Assembly (NCBI GenBank): GCA_963717745.1
Contig: CAVQXJ010000025.1
Coordinates: 106,817 to 170,816, forward strand
DNA length: 64,000 nucleotides
Direction: 5' to 3'
DNA from: an uncultured Acidobacteriota bacterium
Lineage (GTDB): Bacteria > Acidobacteriota > Vicinamibacteria > Vicinamibacterales > 2-12-FULL-66-21
Shown here piece by piece: positions 50,398 through 59,938 of the stretch (its first letter is position 1; every line of letters begins with the position of its first letter). The notes below the pieces were generated by a model that saw only the letters and a list, made by a program, of their open reading frames with translations, was not told the origin of the DNA and made no database searches. The position numbers and the translations under genes were made by a program.

Positions 50398-50628
50398 GTG
50401 CGGGGTTCACTGCCGCGAGTGCAACGGCCGCTCCATCCCGGACAGAATCTGGAGTGCCGTTAAGGTGCTACCAGTGTAGGAGTTGAGGGGGGTTTCGATG
50501 GCCTGTCCCGAACGGCCCAGGTAACCAGAGCGTAAGCGACTCGACGAATTCGTGATCGGGTGATCGGCCGTGACCGGAACTCGCGAGACCTCACGATCCC
50601 GGTCGCCATGGCAGCTCTTCAGGTCGCG

Positions 50629-50877
50629 CTAGTTCGTGAAGGGACCGCGCCAGCCGTCCGGCAGGATCTCGGGCCCGCCAACCTGCGCCCACGACTCCGC
50701 CTGGAGACGTGCCTCGATGTCGGCCACGCGCGCCTCGAAGGCCGCATGATCGCGAAAGCGTTCGATCTCCAACGGACGATTTGCCCAGTCGATTTCGAGG
50801 ACGTATTCGCGGGATGCGTTGTCGAACCGCGTTTCCACCCGCACTGCTTCGTTGCCTCGCGCAAAGAACCAGATCAT
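50629..50877 (-). CDS. hypothetical small protein
   Basis: Internal ATG (complement of 50875-50877) gives MIWFFARGNEAVRVETRFDNASREYVLEIDWANRPLEIERFRDHAAFEARVADIEARLQAESWAQVGGPEILPDGWRGPFTN. The upstream part of ORF 50629..51333 looks like antisense shadow. Confidence 0.45.
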   Translation of the reverse strand: MIWFFARGNEAVRVETRFDNASREYVLEIDWANRPLEIERFRDHAAFEARVADIEARLQAESWAQVGGPEILPDGWRGPFTN

Positions 50878-51012
50878 CGAATCCTTCCAACCCTCGCAGC
50901 CGCGTCCATTGTAGCGTCCCAGGGACCGGCCACGAACGGAGTGCCGTGAACGTTGGGATGAATGGCGTGCCGCGCCGTGCACGCGGCGGACGGTCAGGAC
51001 GTTCGAGAATGA

Positions 51013-51138
51013 CCGACAGATGCCGAGCCGAATATCCGGTGCGCGAGCACCGTCAACCGCGCCGGTCCGCGCGGGTTGAGCCCGGTCGACGAGCACGAGA
51101 TCCACTACCTCGAGAATCTGATCCTGAAGCCGCGCTGA
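51013..51138 (+). other. short coding-like remnant ending ...RAGPRGLSPVDEHEIHYLENLILKPR*, preceded by an in-frame TGA
   Basis: Third-codon positions are almost all G/C in this frame but not in the overlapping minus-strand ORF. In-frame stops occur at 51010-51012 and further upstream. It lies ~215 nt from the tRNA-Ala 3' end. Confidence 0.3.
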
Positions 51139-51353
51139 ACCCGCCGGAGGCCCTGCGCCCACCTTTAGCTTCGCCCGAAAAGCGAGCCGGTCCACCGTCG
51201 CGGCGGCTGGAGCTGACGGCGCCGCTATGGTGGACACTCTTCGCGTATCGCTGAACGAGCTCGCTTGATGATGCGGGTGCCCTTCGCCTGCGATCGAGAG
51301 CGAAGGTTGGCTTGCCACCCGCAGCTCGCTCATGAATGCAGGCGAGCGAGGGG

Positions 51354-51429
51354 TGGTGGACGGCAGGAGGATCGAACTCCCGACCTCTGCGTTGCGAACG
51401 CAGCGCTCTCCCAGCTGAGCTAGCCGCCC
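51354..51429 (-). tRNA. tRNA-Ala (anticodon CGC)
   Basis: The reverse complement folds as GGGCGGC-TA-GCTC-AGCTGGGA-GAGC-G-CTGCG-TTCGCAA-CGCAG-AGGTC-GGGAG-TTCGATC-CTCCT-GCCGTCC-A-CCA. It has the G3:U70 alanine identity pair and an encoded CCA. Confidence 0.9.
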
Positions 51430-51568
51430 CGATGTGGTTGGTCTCTCCGCTCGCGGAGCCAGGCTCTGCGCCTGTTCTCGCGCGACAGGAACTCAGAATT
51501 CTAGCACGCACCCTTCGGGTGCGGCAACGCGCTCAGGGCCGCCGCGCAGAAGCGCGAAGGCGGGGGGA

Positions 51569-51853
51569 TCACCGGCCGGCGCCCTTGGACGAGGGCACGA
51601 CGCGGCCATTCAGCTTGGCCCAGCCGCCGCTGTTGGTCGCGGCCTGATAGATCCGGAACTCGATCACCCGGCCGTCCGGCAGCACGAAGTGCAGACCCTC
51701 GCTCTGGGCCGGCATCAGGTCCATGTCGCCGGCGGACGACTCGGCGCGAATCTGGCCGGCGACGGTGCCGTCGGGCGCGATGCGCAACTGGCGCAGCACC
51801 GCCCGTTGGAGCACCAGCTCTTCCCCGCGGTAGACGTCAACCTCATCGACCAT
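51569..51853 (-). CDS. hypothetical small protein, translationally coupled to dedA
   Basis: 94-aa ORF. Its ATG overlaps the dedA stop (TGATG). I recognise no family. Confidence 0.4.
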   Translation of the reverse strand: MVDEVDVYRGEELVLQRAVLRQLRIAPDGTVAGQIRAESSAGDMDLMPAQSEGLHFVLPDGRVIEFRIYQAATNSGGWAKLNGRVVPSSKGAGR

Positions 51854-52503
51854 CAGGCCGCCGAACTTCGTTGGTGGCGCAGGAACTCCACCAGAATCGG
51901 CAGCACCGACACGAACACGATCCCGAGTGCCACCAGCGTGAAATTCTCGCGCACCACCGGGACGTTGCCGAACGCGTATCCGAACAGGGTGCAGATGCCG
52001 ACCCAGATGATACCGCCGGTGATGTTGTAGAACGCGAAGGTGGAGTAGGTCATGGTGCCGGCGCCGGCCACGAACGGGACGAAGGTCCTGACGATCGGGA
52101 CGAAGCGGCCCAGGATGATCGCTTTGCCGCCGTACTTCTCGAAGAACGCGTGGGCCTTGTTCAGGTGATCGCGGTTGAGGAGCCGCTGCCAGAAGCTGGT
52201 GCGATCGACCGAAGTGAAGATGCGAGGCCCGACCGCGTCGCCGACGGCGTAGTTGACCGCGTCCCCGAGGATCGCCGCCACGATCAGCAGCGGCACGAGG
52301 ATCCAGATATTGAACGCCCCGGTCGCCGCCAGCGCTCCCGCCGCGAACAGCAGCGAGTCACCGGGCAGGAACGGCGTCACGACCAGCCCGGTCTCCGCGA
52401 AGATGATCAGGAAGAGCGCCCCGTACACCCAGACCCCGTAGGTCTGGACGAACTGCTCGAGATAGGTGTCGAAGTGGATAAAGAGATCGATCAACGCTTC
52501 CAT
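51853..52503 (-). CDS. dedA: DedA-family membrane protein
   Basis: YGVWVYGALFLIIFAETGLVVTPFLPGDSLLFAAG...FFEKYGGKAIILGRFVPIVRTFVPFVAG. Confidence 0.85.
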   Translation of the reverse strand: MEALIDLFIHFDTYLEQFVQTYGVWVYGALFLIIFAETGLVVTPFLPGDSLLFAAGALAATGAFNIWILVPLLIVAAILGDAVNYAVGDAVGPRIFTSVDRTSFWQRLLNRDHLNKAHAFFEKYGGKAIILGRFVPIVRTFVPFVAGAGTMTYSTFAFYNITGGIIWVGICTLFGYAFGNVPVVRENFTLVALGIVFVSVLPILVEFLRHQRSSAA

Positions 52504-52560
52504 GCAACCTGGTCAGTGTATCCGCTCGCTCCGAACCGCGCCAACCCATCGCCCGGAAAT

Positions 52561-53732
52561 CTACGACAGCACGTCGAGATATTTCAGGGCGCCGCCGGTG
52601 TTGAAGAGCACCACGGTGTCGCCGGCCCCGACCTGCCCGTCGGCCACCAGGCGCTTGAGCGCCTGCAGCGCGGCGCCGCCTTCCGGCGCCGCGCTGATGC
52701 CTTCGCGGCTGCCGAGCTCGCGCATCGCGGCGACCATTTCCGCGTCGGTCACCGCCAGCGCGGTGCCGCCGCTCTCGCGCACCGCCCGCAGCACCAGGAA
52801 ATCTCCGACCGCCTTCGGGACCCGCAGCCCATCGGCGATGGTCCGGGCGCCAACCCACGGATCGGACCGTTCGGCCCCCTGCTCGAAGGCGCGCACGATC
52901 GGCGCGCAGTGTTCCGCCTGCACAGAAATCATCCGCGGGCGGCGCTGCGGCGCGAGCCATCCGATCCGCTCGAGCTCGTCGAACGCTTTCCACATGCCGA
53001 CCATGCCGGTGCCGCCGCCGGTCGGATAGATGATCCAGTCGGGCAGCCGCCAGTCGAGCTGCTCCCCGAGCTCGTAGGCCATCGTCTTTTTGCCCTCGAT
53101 CCGGTACGGCTCCTTGAGGGTCGAGACGTCGTACCACCCGAGCGGTCTTGCCCGTTTCAGCGGCGATGCGGCCGGCGTCGGTAATCAGGCCGTCCACCAG
53201 CGTGACTTCGGCGCCGTACAGCTCGGACTCGCGGATGAAGGGGACCTTCACATCGCGGGGCATGAAGACCTTCGCCGGGATGCCGGCGGCGGCCGCATAG
53301 GCGGCCAGCGCAGTTGGCGGCGTTCCCCGCCGACGGGACCGAGAGGACGCGTGCGCCGAGACGCGCGGCCCGGGTCACCGCGGCCGAGAGCCCCCGCGCC
53401 TTGAATGAATTGGTCGGGTTGAGCGATTCGTCCTTGACGAACACCCGGGAGAGCCCCAGGTCGGCGCCGATCCGCGTCGCATGGATCAGCGGCGTCCATC
53501 CTTCCCCGAGGGTGATCGGCGACTCCCCGTCGAACAGCGGCATCAGCTCGCGGTAGCGCCACATGTTCGGGACGCGGCCGGTGAGCGTGCCCTTCTGCCA
53601 GGCGCGGGCCGCGTCGAGATCGTAGCGGGCGAGCAAAGGCGCGCCGCAGGTGCACAGATGCTGCTCGCGCCGTGGATCGTAGTGGTCCGCTCCGCAGGGA
53701 GCGCTGCATTCGAGGTGCGTGAAATACGACAC
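52561..53732 (-). pseudogene. thrC: threonine synthase, two extra bases (about 53140 and about 53312)
   Basis: Three pieces make up the protein. ORF 53157..53732: MSYFTHLECSAPCG...FVKDESLNPTNSFKARG...SAGNAAN. Middle piece: ALAAYAAAAGIPAKVFMPRDVKVPFIRESELYGAEVTLVDG....GKTA. ORF 52561..53082: GWYDVSTLKEPYRIEGKKTMAYE...YPTGGGTGMVG... Confidence 0.85.
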
Positions 53733-54301
53733 TACTTGCCCAGCAGCTCGCCGTCCTTCTTCTTCTGCAGCTCGTCGATCATCGTCACGTGCTGATCGGT
53801 GATCTTCTGGACGTCTTCGAGACCCCGCCGCTCGTCGTCTTCCGAGATCTGGTGATCTTTGAGCAGCTTCTTGAGCCGATCGTTGGCGTCGCGCCGCACC
53901 TGCCGGACGCCGTTGCGTCCTTCCTCGGCGTACTTGTGCACCAGCTTCGACAGCTCCTTGCGCCGTTCCTCGGTCAGCGAGGGAATCGGGATCCGCACCA
54001 CCTTGCCGTCGTTGGTGGGATTCAGGCCGAGGTTCGAGCTGCGAATCGCCTTCTCGATCGCCCCCATCAGCGAGGGATCGAACGGCTGCGCGACGATCAG
54101 CGTGGGCTCGGGAATCGAGAGCGACGCCACCTGATTGAGCGGCATGTGGGAGCCGTAGGCTTCGACGTGCACGGTGTCGAGGATGGTGACCGACGCCCGG
54201 CCGGTGCGCACGCCGCCGAACTCGCGCCGCACGTGATCGAGCTGCGTGTCCATCCGCTTCTTCACTTCCGCTGCCAGTTCCTTCAGATCACTGACGTCCA
54301 T
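53732..54301 (-). CDS. frr: ribosome recycling factor
   Basis: ...VRTGRASVTILDTV.VEAYGS.MPLNQVA....PE......QPFD.S....IEKAI..S.LGLNP..DG...RIPIP.LTEERR. Confidence 0.95.
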   Translation of the reverse strand: MDVSDLKELAAEVKKRMDTQLDHVRREFGGVRTGRASVTILDTVHVEAYGSHMPLNQVASLSIPEPTLIVAQPFDPSLMGAIEKAIRSSNLGLNPTNDGKVVRIPIPSLTEERRKELSKLVHKYAEEGRNGVRQVRRDANDRLKKLLKDHQISEDDERRGLEDVQKITDQHVTMIDELQKKKDGELLGK

Positions 54302-54317
54302 AACTCCTCACTCAGGG

Positions 54318-54442
54318 GAATGCCAAAAATGCCAAGACTGCCAAGATTGCCAAAATTTGGAGGTGGCTCGCGGCTACTGTCCGGACGCTCGGACCTGCCC
54401 CCAAGTTGTGGCATTTTTGGCACTCTTGGCATTTTTGGCAAT
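54318..54442. repeat. family-B armed hairpin element, copy B5
   Basis: GAATGCCAAAAATGCCAAGACTGCCAAGATTGCCAAAATTTGGAGG...CCCCCAAGTTGTGGCATTTTTGGCACTCTTGGCATTTTTGGCAAT. It lies between the pyrH stop (54448) and the frr Shine-Dalgarno/start (54301). Confidence 0.85.
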
Positions 54443-54447
54443 GGGAT

Positions 54448-55164
54448 TCAGGCTCGCACCGTCGTCCCAACCGGGTCGCCCATGATGACGCGACGGACGT
54501 TGCCCGCCGTTCGTAGATTGAACACCACGATCGGGAGCTTGTTGTCCATGCAGAGCGAGATGGCGGTGGCGTCCATCACTTTGAGACGGCGCTCGAGCAC
54601 CGTCATGTAGGAGATGTCGTCGTACTTCGTCGCGGTCTTGTCGAGCGCCGGGTCGGCGGTGTAGATGCCGTCGACCTTGGTGCCCTTGAGGATGACGTCA
54701 GCCTTGATCTCCATCGCTCGCAGGGCCGCCGCGGTGTCGGTGGTGAAGTAGGGGTTGCCGGTGCCTGCCGCGAAGACGACCACCCGCCCCTTCTCGAGAT
54801 GGCGCACCGCCCGCCGCCGGATGAAGGGCTCGGCGACCGCGCGCATCTCAATCGCGCTGGCGACCCGCGTCAGCACGCCCTGATGCTCGAGCGCGTCCTG
54901 CAACGCCAGCGCGTTGATCACGGTTGCGAGCATGCCCATGTAGTCGGCGGTCGCGCGATCCATGCCCTTCGCGCTGGCCGCCAGCCCGCGGAACAGGTTG
55001 CCGCCGCCGATGACGACCGCGGTCTGCACACCGAGACCCTGGATTTCGGCGATGTCCTTGGCGATCTGCGTGGTGATGGCGGGGTCGATACCGAACGCCT
55101 GTTCGCCCATCAAGGCTTCACCGGAGAGCTTGAGGAGCACACGGCGGTACGCGGGGTCTGGCAT
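54448..55164 (-). CDS. pyrH: UMP kinase
   Basis: [13 protein letters not shown]......GID.........I.......[13 protein letters not shown].......[24 protein letters not shown]. Confidence 0.95.
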   Translation of the reverse strand: MPDPAYRRVLLKLSGEALMGEQAFGIDPAITTQIAKDIAEIQGLGVQTAVVIGGGNLFRGLAASAKGMDRATADYMGMLATVINALALQDALEHQGVLTRVASAIEMRAVAEPFIRRRAVRHLEKGRVVVFAAGTGNPYFTTDTAAALRAMEIKADVILKGTKVDGIYTADPALDKTATKYDDISYMTVLERRLKVMDATAISLCMDNKLPIVVFNLRTAGNVRRVIMGDPVGTTVRA

Positions 55165-55193
55165 ATCCGGACGATTATATTCGGAGCTTCGCT

Positions 55194-55290
55194 GTTCGCG
55201 TCCGCGGGCCGCGGTCCGCGAATCCTCGATGCTCGTCGAGAGCCTGATTCGGGATTGCCGGACGGCGGTCCGCGGATCGCGGTCAGCGGG
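55194..55290. repeat. family-E armed hairpin element (GTTCGCG/GTCCGCG units), copy E2
   Basis: GTTCGCGTCCGCGGGCCGCGGTCCGCGAATCC...GGATTGCCGGACGGCGGTCCGCGGATCGCGGTCAGCGGGTTC lies between the tsf stop and the pyrH start. It shares CGCGAATCC and AATCCCGAATCAG with 2619-2652. Confidence 0.6.
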
Positions 55291-55291
55291 T

Positions 55292-55894
55292 TCAGGCAGT
55301 TTCGCCCAGCTTGAAGCGGACGAAGCGCGCGACCGAGATGTTCTCCCCCAGCTTGGCGATCGCCGCCTGCACCGCCTGGCCGATGGTGAGCTTGGGGTCG
55401 CGGATCGACGGCTGATCGAGCAGACAGACCTGCTCGTAGAAGCTTCCGAGCTTGCCCTCGACGATCTTGTCGATCACCGCAGGCGGCTTGTTCTGGCCGG
55501 CCATCTGGCCGCGATAGATGTCCTTCTCACGCTCGATGACGTCGGGGGGCACGTCGTCGCGCTTCACGTACTGGGGGCTGGCGGCGGCGATGTGCATCGC
55601 AATCTCGCGGGCGAGGTTCTGGAAATCCTCGGTGCGCGCCACGAAGTCCGACTCGCAGTTCACTTCCACCAGCACGCCGATCTTGCCGCCCATGTGGATG
55701 TAGTGGCCGATCAACCCTTCGTTGGTCGATCGGCCGGCCTTCTTGGTGGCCTGCGCCAGCCCGCGCTTCCGGAGAATCGTCGTCGCGGCCTCGATGTCCC
55801 CGTTGGCCTCGGTCAGTGCCGCCTTGCACTCCATCATGCCGGCGCCGGTGATGTCGCGCAGTTTCTTGACTATTGCTGCCGTGATCTCTGCCAT
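55292..55894 (-). CDS. tsf: translation elongation factor Ts
   Basis: [37 protein letters not shown]...LRKRG.A.A.KKAGR...EG. Confidence 0.95.
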   Translation of the reverse strand: MAEITAAIVKKLRDITGAGMMECKAALTEANGDIEAATTILRKRGLAQATKKAGRSTNEGLIGHYIHMGGKIGVLVEVNCESDFVARTEDFQNLAREIAMHIAAASPQYVKRDDVPPDVIEREKDIYRGQMAGQNKPPAVIDKIVEGKLGSFYEQVCLLDQPSIRDPKLTIGQAVQAAIAKLGENISVARFVRFKLGETA

Positions 55895-55985
55895 GTCGCT
55901 GTTGCTCCTGCTGTCAGTTCACGAATCGGTCAACCGGATGCCGCGGCGGCCCGGCGGGTCGGGACGCGGACCGGCGTACGTAACA

Positions 55986-56012
55986 ACGCCGGCCCGTGAA
56001 TCAGGCCGGCGT
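55986..56012 (-). promoter_or_regulatory. intercistronic stem-loop between rpsB and tsf (possible attenuator or processing site)
   Basis: Perfect 9-bp stem ACGCCGGCC / GGCCGGCGT with a 9-nt loop. There is only a weak U tract after it on the coding strand. Confidence 0.4.
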
Positions 56013-56036
56013 CAATCGGGTCTGGAGTCGAGCCCC

Positions 56037-56840
56037 TTACACGGACGCGGGAGAGGCCTGCTCGGAGCGCGGCTGACGGGGAGCCGGCCTGGGCGGCCTG
56101 CGGCCGCCCCGATCGTCGCCCTCGCCCTCGCCGCCATCGTCGGCGTGGGCCGACTCGCGGGCGCCGCGGCCGGAGAGCACCGCGTCGGCGATGCGCGAGG
56201 CGAACAGCCGGATCGCCCGCAGCGCGTCGTCGTTGCCGGGGATGACGTAGTCGACTTCGTCAGGGTCGCAGTTGGTGTCGACCACGCCGATGACCGGGAT
56301 CTTGAGCTTGCGAGCCTCGTCCACGGCGATCTTCTCTTTGCGGGTGTCGACCACGAACAGCGCGTCGGGCAGGCGCGACATGTTGCGGATGCCCTCGAGA
56401 TTCTTCTGGAGCTTGCGCTTCTCCTTCTCGAGCTGCGCGATCTCCTTCTTGGAGAGGGTCTCGTAGCGGCCGTCGGTCTCCATGGCTTCGAGGTCGCGCA
56501 ACCGGGCGAGACTGCGCTGGATGGTCGTGAAGTTGGTCAGCAGACCGCCGAGCCATCGCTGATTCACGAAGAACATCCCGCTACGCTGCGCCTCTTCGGC
56601 GATGGCGTCCTGGGCCTGGCGCTTGGTGCCGACGAACAGCACGGTCTTGCCCTCGGCGGCGAGGTTGGTCGCGAACTGTTCCGCCTCGCGGAACAGCCTG
56701 GCCGTCTTCGCCAGATCGATGATGTAGATCCCGTTCCGCTCACCGAAGATATAGGCCTTCATCTTCGGGTTCCAGCGCTTGGTCTGATGTCCGAAGTGGA
56801 CGCCTGCCTCGAGCAAATCCTTTAACGCGATGCCGCTCAA
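56037..56840 (-). CDS. rpsB: 30S ribosomal protein S2
   Basis: [36 protein letters not shown]... Confidence 0.95.
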   Translation of the reverse strand: MSGIALKDLLEAGVHFGHQTKRWNPKMKAYIFGERNGIYIIDLAKTARLFREAEQFATNLAAEGKTVLFVGTKRQAQDAIAEEAQRSGMFFVNQRWLGGLLTNFTTIQRSLARLRDLEAMETDGRYETLSKKEIAQLEKEKRKLQKNLEGIRNMSRLPDALFVVDTRKEKIAVDEARKLKIPVIGVVDTNCDPDEVDYVIPGNDDALRAIRLFASRIADAVLSGRGARESAHADDGGEGEGDDRGGRRPPRPAPRQPRSEQASPASV

Positions 56841-56858
56841 GCTACCTCCAAAGAAACA

Positions 56859-57257
56859 CTATCTCTTGCTGAACTGGAAGCGCTTGCGCGCCCCCTTCTG
56901 TCCGTACTTCTTGCGTTCCTTGATGCGCGCGTCGCGGGTCAGGAAGCCGGCCTTCTTCAGGCGCTGCCGGAGCTCGAGATTGAACGTGACCAGCGCCCGG
57001 GCGATGCCGAGGCGCAGGGCGCCGGCCTGTCCGGCGACGCCGCCGCCGGCGATGGTCGCCAGGATGTCGAACTTGTCCGCGGTCTCGGTGATCGCGAGCG
57101 GCTGCTTGATCTGGGTTCGCAACGCCTCGGTGGGGAAGGCCTGCTCGATCGGCTTGCGGTTGATGACGATGCCCCCCGTGCCGGGCCGGAGGAATACGCG
57201 GGCGGTGGACGTCTTGCGGCGACCGGTTGCGTAGTACTGAGCTCCTGCTACTGCCAC
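56859..57257 (-). CDS. rpsI: 30S ribosomal protein S9
   Basis: [23 protein letters not shown].........GGG..GQAGA.R.GIARAL......[19 protein letters not shown]...[10 protein letters not shown]. Confidence 0.95.
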   Translation of the reverse strand: MAVAGAQYYATGRRKTSTARVFLRPGTGGIVINRKPIEQAFPTEALRTQIKQPLAITETADKFDILATIAGGGVAGQAGALRLGIARALVTFNLELRQRLKKAGFLTRDARIKERKKYGQKGARKRFQFSKR

Positions 57258-57716
57258 TTATGCGACCTCTTGCTTGCTCGTTTTCGTGACGGGAGTGCGG
57301 GAACGGGGCTTCTGCGCCTGATGCGGATGGTCCGCGTTCACGTACACCTTCAACTTGCGCCACATCGCATCACCGAGCTTGGTTTTCGGCAGCATGCCGC
57401 GCACTGCTTCCTCGACCATGCGCACCGGATTCTTCTGACGAAGGTCCTTGGCGCGCTCTTCACGCAGCCCGCCCTCGTAGCCGCTGTGATACCGATACAG
57501 CTTCTGTTCTTCTTTCCGGCCGGTCAGACGGACCTTCGCGGCATTGACGATGACCACGTGGTCGCCGGTATCGATGTAGGGGGTGTAGACCGCCTTGTGC
57601 TTGCCCTGCAGGAGCCGTGCGGCGTCGCTGGCAATGCGTCCGAGGACCTGCCCCTCGGCGTCGATGACGTGCCACTGCCGTTCCACGCTACCAGCAGTGG
57701 GAACAAACGAACCCAT
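57258..57716 (-). CDS. rplM: 50S ribosomal protein L13
   Basis: Internal ATG (complement of 57714-57716). Reads ...RQWHVIDAEGQVLGRIAS.AA.LL.GKHK..YTP..D.GD.VV..NA.KV..TG.K...K.YYRHSG. Confidence 0.93.
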   Translation of the reverse strand: MGSFVPTAGSVERQWHVIDAEGQVLGRIASDAARLLQGKHKAVYTPYIDTGDHVVIVNAAKVRLTGRKEEQKLYRYHSGYEGGLREERAKDLRQKNPVRMVEEAVRGMLPKTKLGDAMWRKLKVYVNADHPHQAQKPRSRTPVTKTSKQEVA

Positions 57717-58100
57717 GTAATCCCTTTCGGCCTTCCGACGTCTTCGTCCCAAGCTCCGGAAACCGCCCCCCGTCGATCACGGAGCGGAGAACCTCGGGGT
57801 GCTCACCACCGGCGCAGTCAGCCAGGCAGTCAGCGTCTTTCAAAGGACGGCAAACCAAGAGGATAACGACGATCACCGTAACTGTCAAGCCGGCGCGGAC
57901 CCGATCCGCTGTGACCGCACACGGAGGAATACGCTGCAGGTGGCAGATTTAGCGTTACAGAACTGTACGCCAAGTACGAAATTGTTGATCGGTCTCCGGG
58001 GTCTTCAGGCTCCCACCATTACCGAAAGCGCGGCAAACAGCCGAAAACTGGGATCGGACCAGCGGTGGCACTCGACTTGCCCCCAGGCTACCGCCGGAAC

Positions 58101-58134
58101 GCGCAATTACCGCGGAGGTCCCCGGTAATTGCGC
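58101..58134. promoter_or_regulatory. 12-bp perfect inverted repeat upstream of pilM (operator or 5'-UTR hairpin candidate)
   Basis: GCGCAATTACCG-cggaggtccc-CGGTAATTGCGC lies 63 nt upstream of the pilM start, in the 480-bp divergent rplM/pilM gap. Confidence 0.4.
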
Positions 58135-58196
58135 ACGACTTGCGGCGACTCACGGCGGGATTCGACCCCGCCCTACAAGCAAGATAGGACACGCCG

Positions 58197-59258
58197 GTGT
58201 TTCGTAGAGTGAAGTCTCTGGTCGGTTTGGACATCGGCTCGAGCGCGGTCAAAGCGGTCGAGCTGAAGCCAGCCGGCAAAGGCTACAAGGTCACCGCCTT
58301 CGGCGCCGAGCCCATTCCGCCCGACAGCATTGTCGACGGCGCCATCATCGACAGCGCGGCCGTGGCGGACGCCATCCGGCGGCTGTTCGACATCAACAAG
58401 ATCCAGACGAAAGAGGTCTGCGCGTCCCTGTCGGGCAACGCGGTGATCGTCAAGAAGATCACCCTGCCGGTCATGACCGACGCTGAGCTGGCGGAGTCGA
58501 TCCACTGGGAGGCCGAGCAATACATCCCGTTCGACATCCAGGACGTCAACCTCGACTATCAGATCCTCGATCCCGGCGACGCGGCCAACGGCAGGGCGAC
58601 GATGGAGGTCCTCCTGGTGGCGGCGAAGAAGGAGAAGATTGCCGACTACACCGGGGTGATCGAGCAGGCGGGACGCAGCGCGGTGGTGGTGGACGTCGAC
58701 GCCTTCGCCCTCCAGAACGCCTTCGAAGTGAACTACGGGATCGAGCCCGGCCAGGTCGTGGTGCTGCTGAACGCGGGCGCCAGCGCGACCAACATCAACA
58801 TCCTCATGGGTGATCAGTCGGTGTTCACCCGCGACATCTCGATCGGCGGCAACGCCTACACCGAAGCGCTCCAGAAAGAGCTCAACCTGCCGTTCGAAGA
58901 CGCGGACCGGCTGAAGCGCGGAGAGCCGGTCGACGGCGTCAGCTTCGAGGACGCGCGCCCCGTGCTGCGCGCGGTGAGCGAGAACGTCATGCTGGAGATC
59001 CAGAAGACGTTCGACTTCTTCAAGGCCACCGCCGCCTCCGATCGCATCGATCGCATCATCGTCAGCGGCGGCGCGGCGAAGGAGGAAGGGTTCCTGGAGA
59101 TGCTGCCCGATCGCTTCGAGACGCCGGTCGAGCTGTTCGATCCGTTCAAGACCGTGGCGTTCGACGCCAAGCGCTTTGGCGTGGACGCGGTGAGCGACAT
59201 TGCTCCGACCGTGGCGGTCGCCGTGGGTCTGGCGTTGCGAAGGGCGGCGGACCGATGA
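58197..59258 (+). CDS. pilM: type IV pilus assembly ATPase-fold protein PilM
   Basis: VGLDIGSSAVKAVEL.......V..FG..P.P...I.DG.I.D...VA.AI...F......VVVDVDAFALQNAFE.NY.....NAGAS.TNINI. GTG start. Confidence 0.9.
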   Translation: MFRRVKSLVGLDIGSSAVKAVELKPAGKGYKVTAFGAEPIPPDSIVDGAIIDSAAVADAIRRLFDINKIQTKEVCASLSGNAVIVKKITLPVMTDAELAESIHWEAEQYIPFDIQDVNLDYQILDPGDAANGRATMEVLLVAAKKEKIADYTGVIEQAGRSAVVVDVDAFALQNAFEVNYGIEPGQVVVLLNAGASATNINILMGDQSVFTRDISIGGNAYTEALQKELNLPFEDADRLKRGEPVDGVSFEDARPVLRAVSENVMLEIQKTFDFFKATAASDRIDRIIVSGGAAKEEGFLEMLPDRFETPVELFDPFKTVAFDAKRFGVDAVSDIAPTVAVAVGLALRRAADR

Positions 59259-59870
59259 TTCGCATCAACCTGCTCGTTGTCGACCGCCAGCGCGCCCGGA
59301 GCCGGGTGCTGATCCCGGCGGCCCAGAGGGTGACGATCGCGCGCGACGATAATCCTGCTCGCCACCGCCGGGCTGATCGGCTGGTGGTTCTGGTCGCTGC
59401 GGACCCAGTCGCTGCAGCTGGACGAGGACCTGCTGGTGGCGGAGGCCGAGACCAGGCAGGTCCGGTCGGTGCTCGAGCAGGTGCGGAAGTTCGAATCGCA
59501 GAAGGCGCTGCTGCAGCAGCGGGTCACGCTGATCGAGCAGCTGCGCACCGGCCAGTACGCGCCGGTCCACGTGCTGGACGAGATCAGCAAGAGCCTGCCC
59601 GATCGGTTGTGGCTCAACGATCTCGCGCAAACCGGCCAGGACTTCACGATCGGCGGGATGACCGACTCGCTGACCGCCGTCTCCGACTTCGTCGCCAACC
59701 TGGAGTCGACCCGCTGGTTCAAGAAGCCGGTGGAGATTCTCGACAGCCAGGTGCAGACCGACGCCAAGGCCGGCGACCTCATTCGGTTTCAGGTCAAGGC
59801 GCAGTTCGTCGATCCGACGGTGCCGCAGGCCGCCGTCAAGCCGCCGGCCGGGCGCGCCGGCGGCAAATAG
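59255..59870 (+). pseudogene. pilN: type IV pilus assembly protein PilN, one extra base near 59337-59345
   Basis: MIRINLLVVDRQRARSRVLIPAAQRVTIA (ATGA overlap with pilM) is followed one frame over by ATIILLATAGLIGWWFWSLRTQSLQLDEDL...LIEQLRTGQYAPVHVLDEISKSLPDRLWLNDL... Confidence 0.85.
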
Positions 59871-59938
59871 CGTGAGCCCGGCCGCCGGAAGGCTAACGAT
59901 GCGCCGCGGCGGCACCGATACCAATCAGGACTGAGACT

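Noticed and set aside
51010-51012. In-frame TGA in the coding-like remnant as selenocysteine.
   Set aside because: I saw no SECIS-like hairpin immediately downstream. A second in-frame TGA lies just upstream, and there are no selenoprotein-like motifs.
50400-51560. Genomic island or prophage integrated at tRNA-Ala.
   Set aside because: There is no integrase, no recognisable phage or mobile genes, and no direct repeat of the tRNA 3' end that I could find within the window. Only short eroded coding signal is present, reported above as a low-interest finding.
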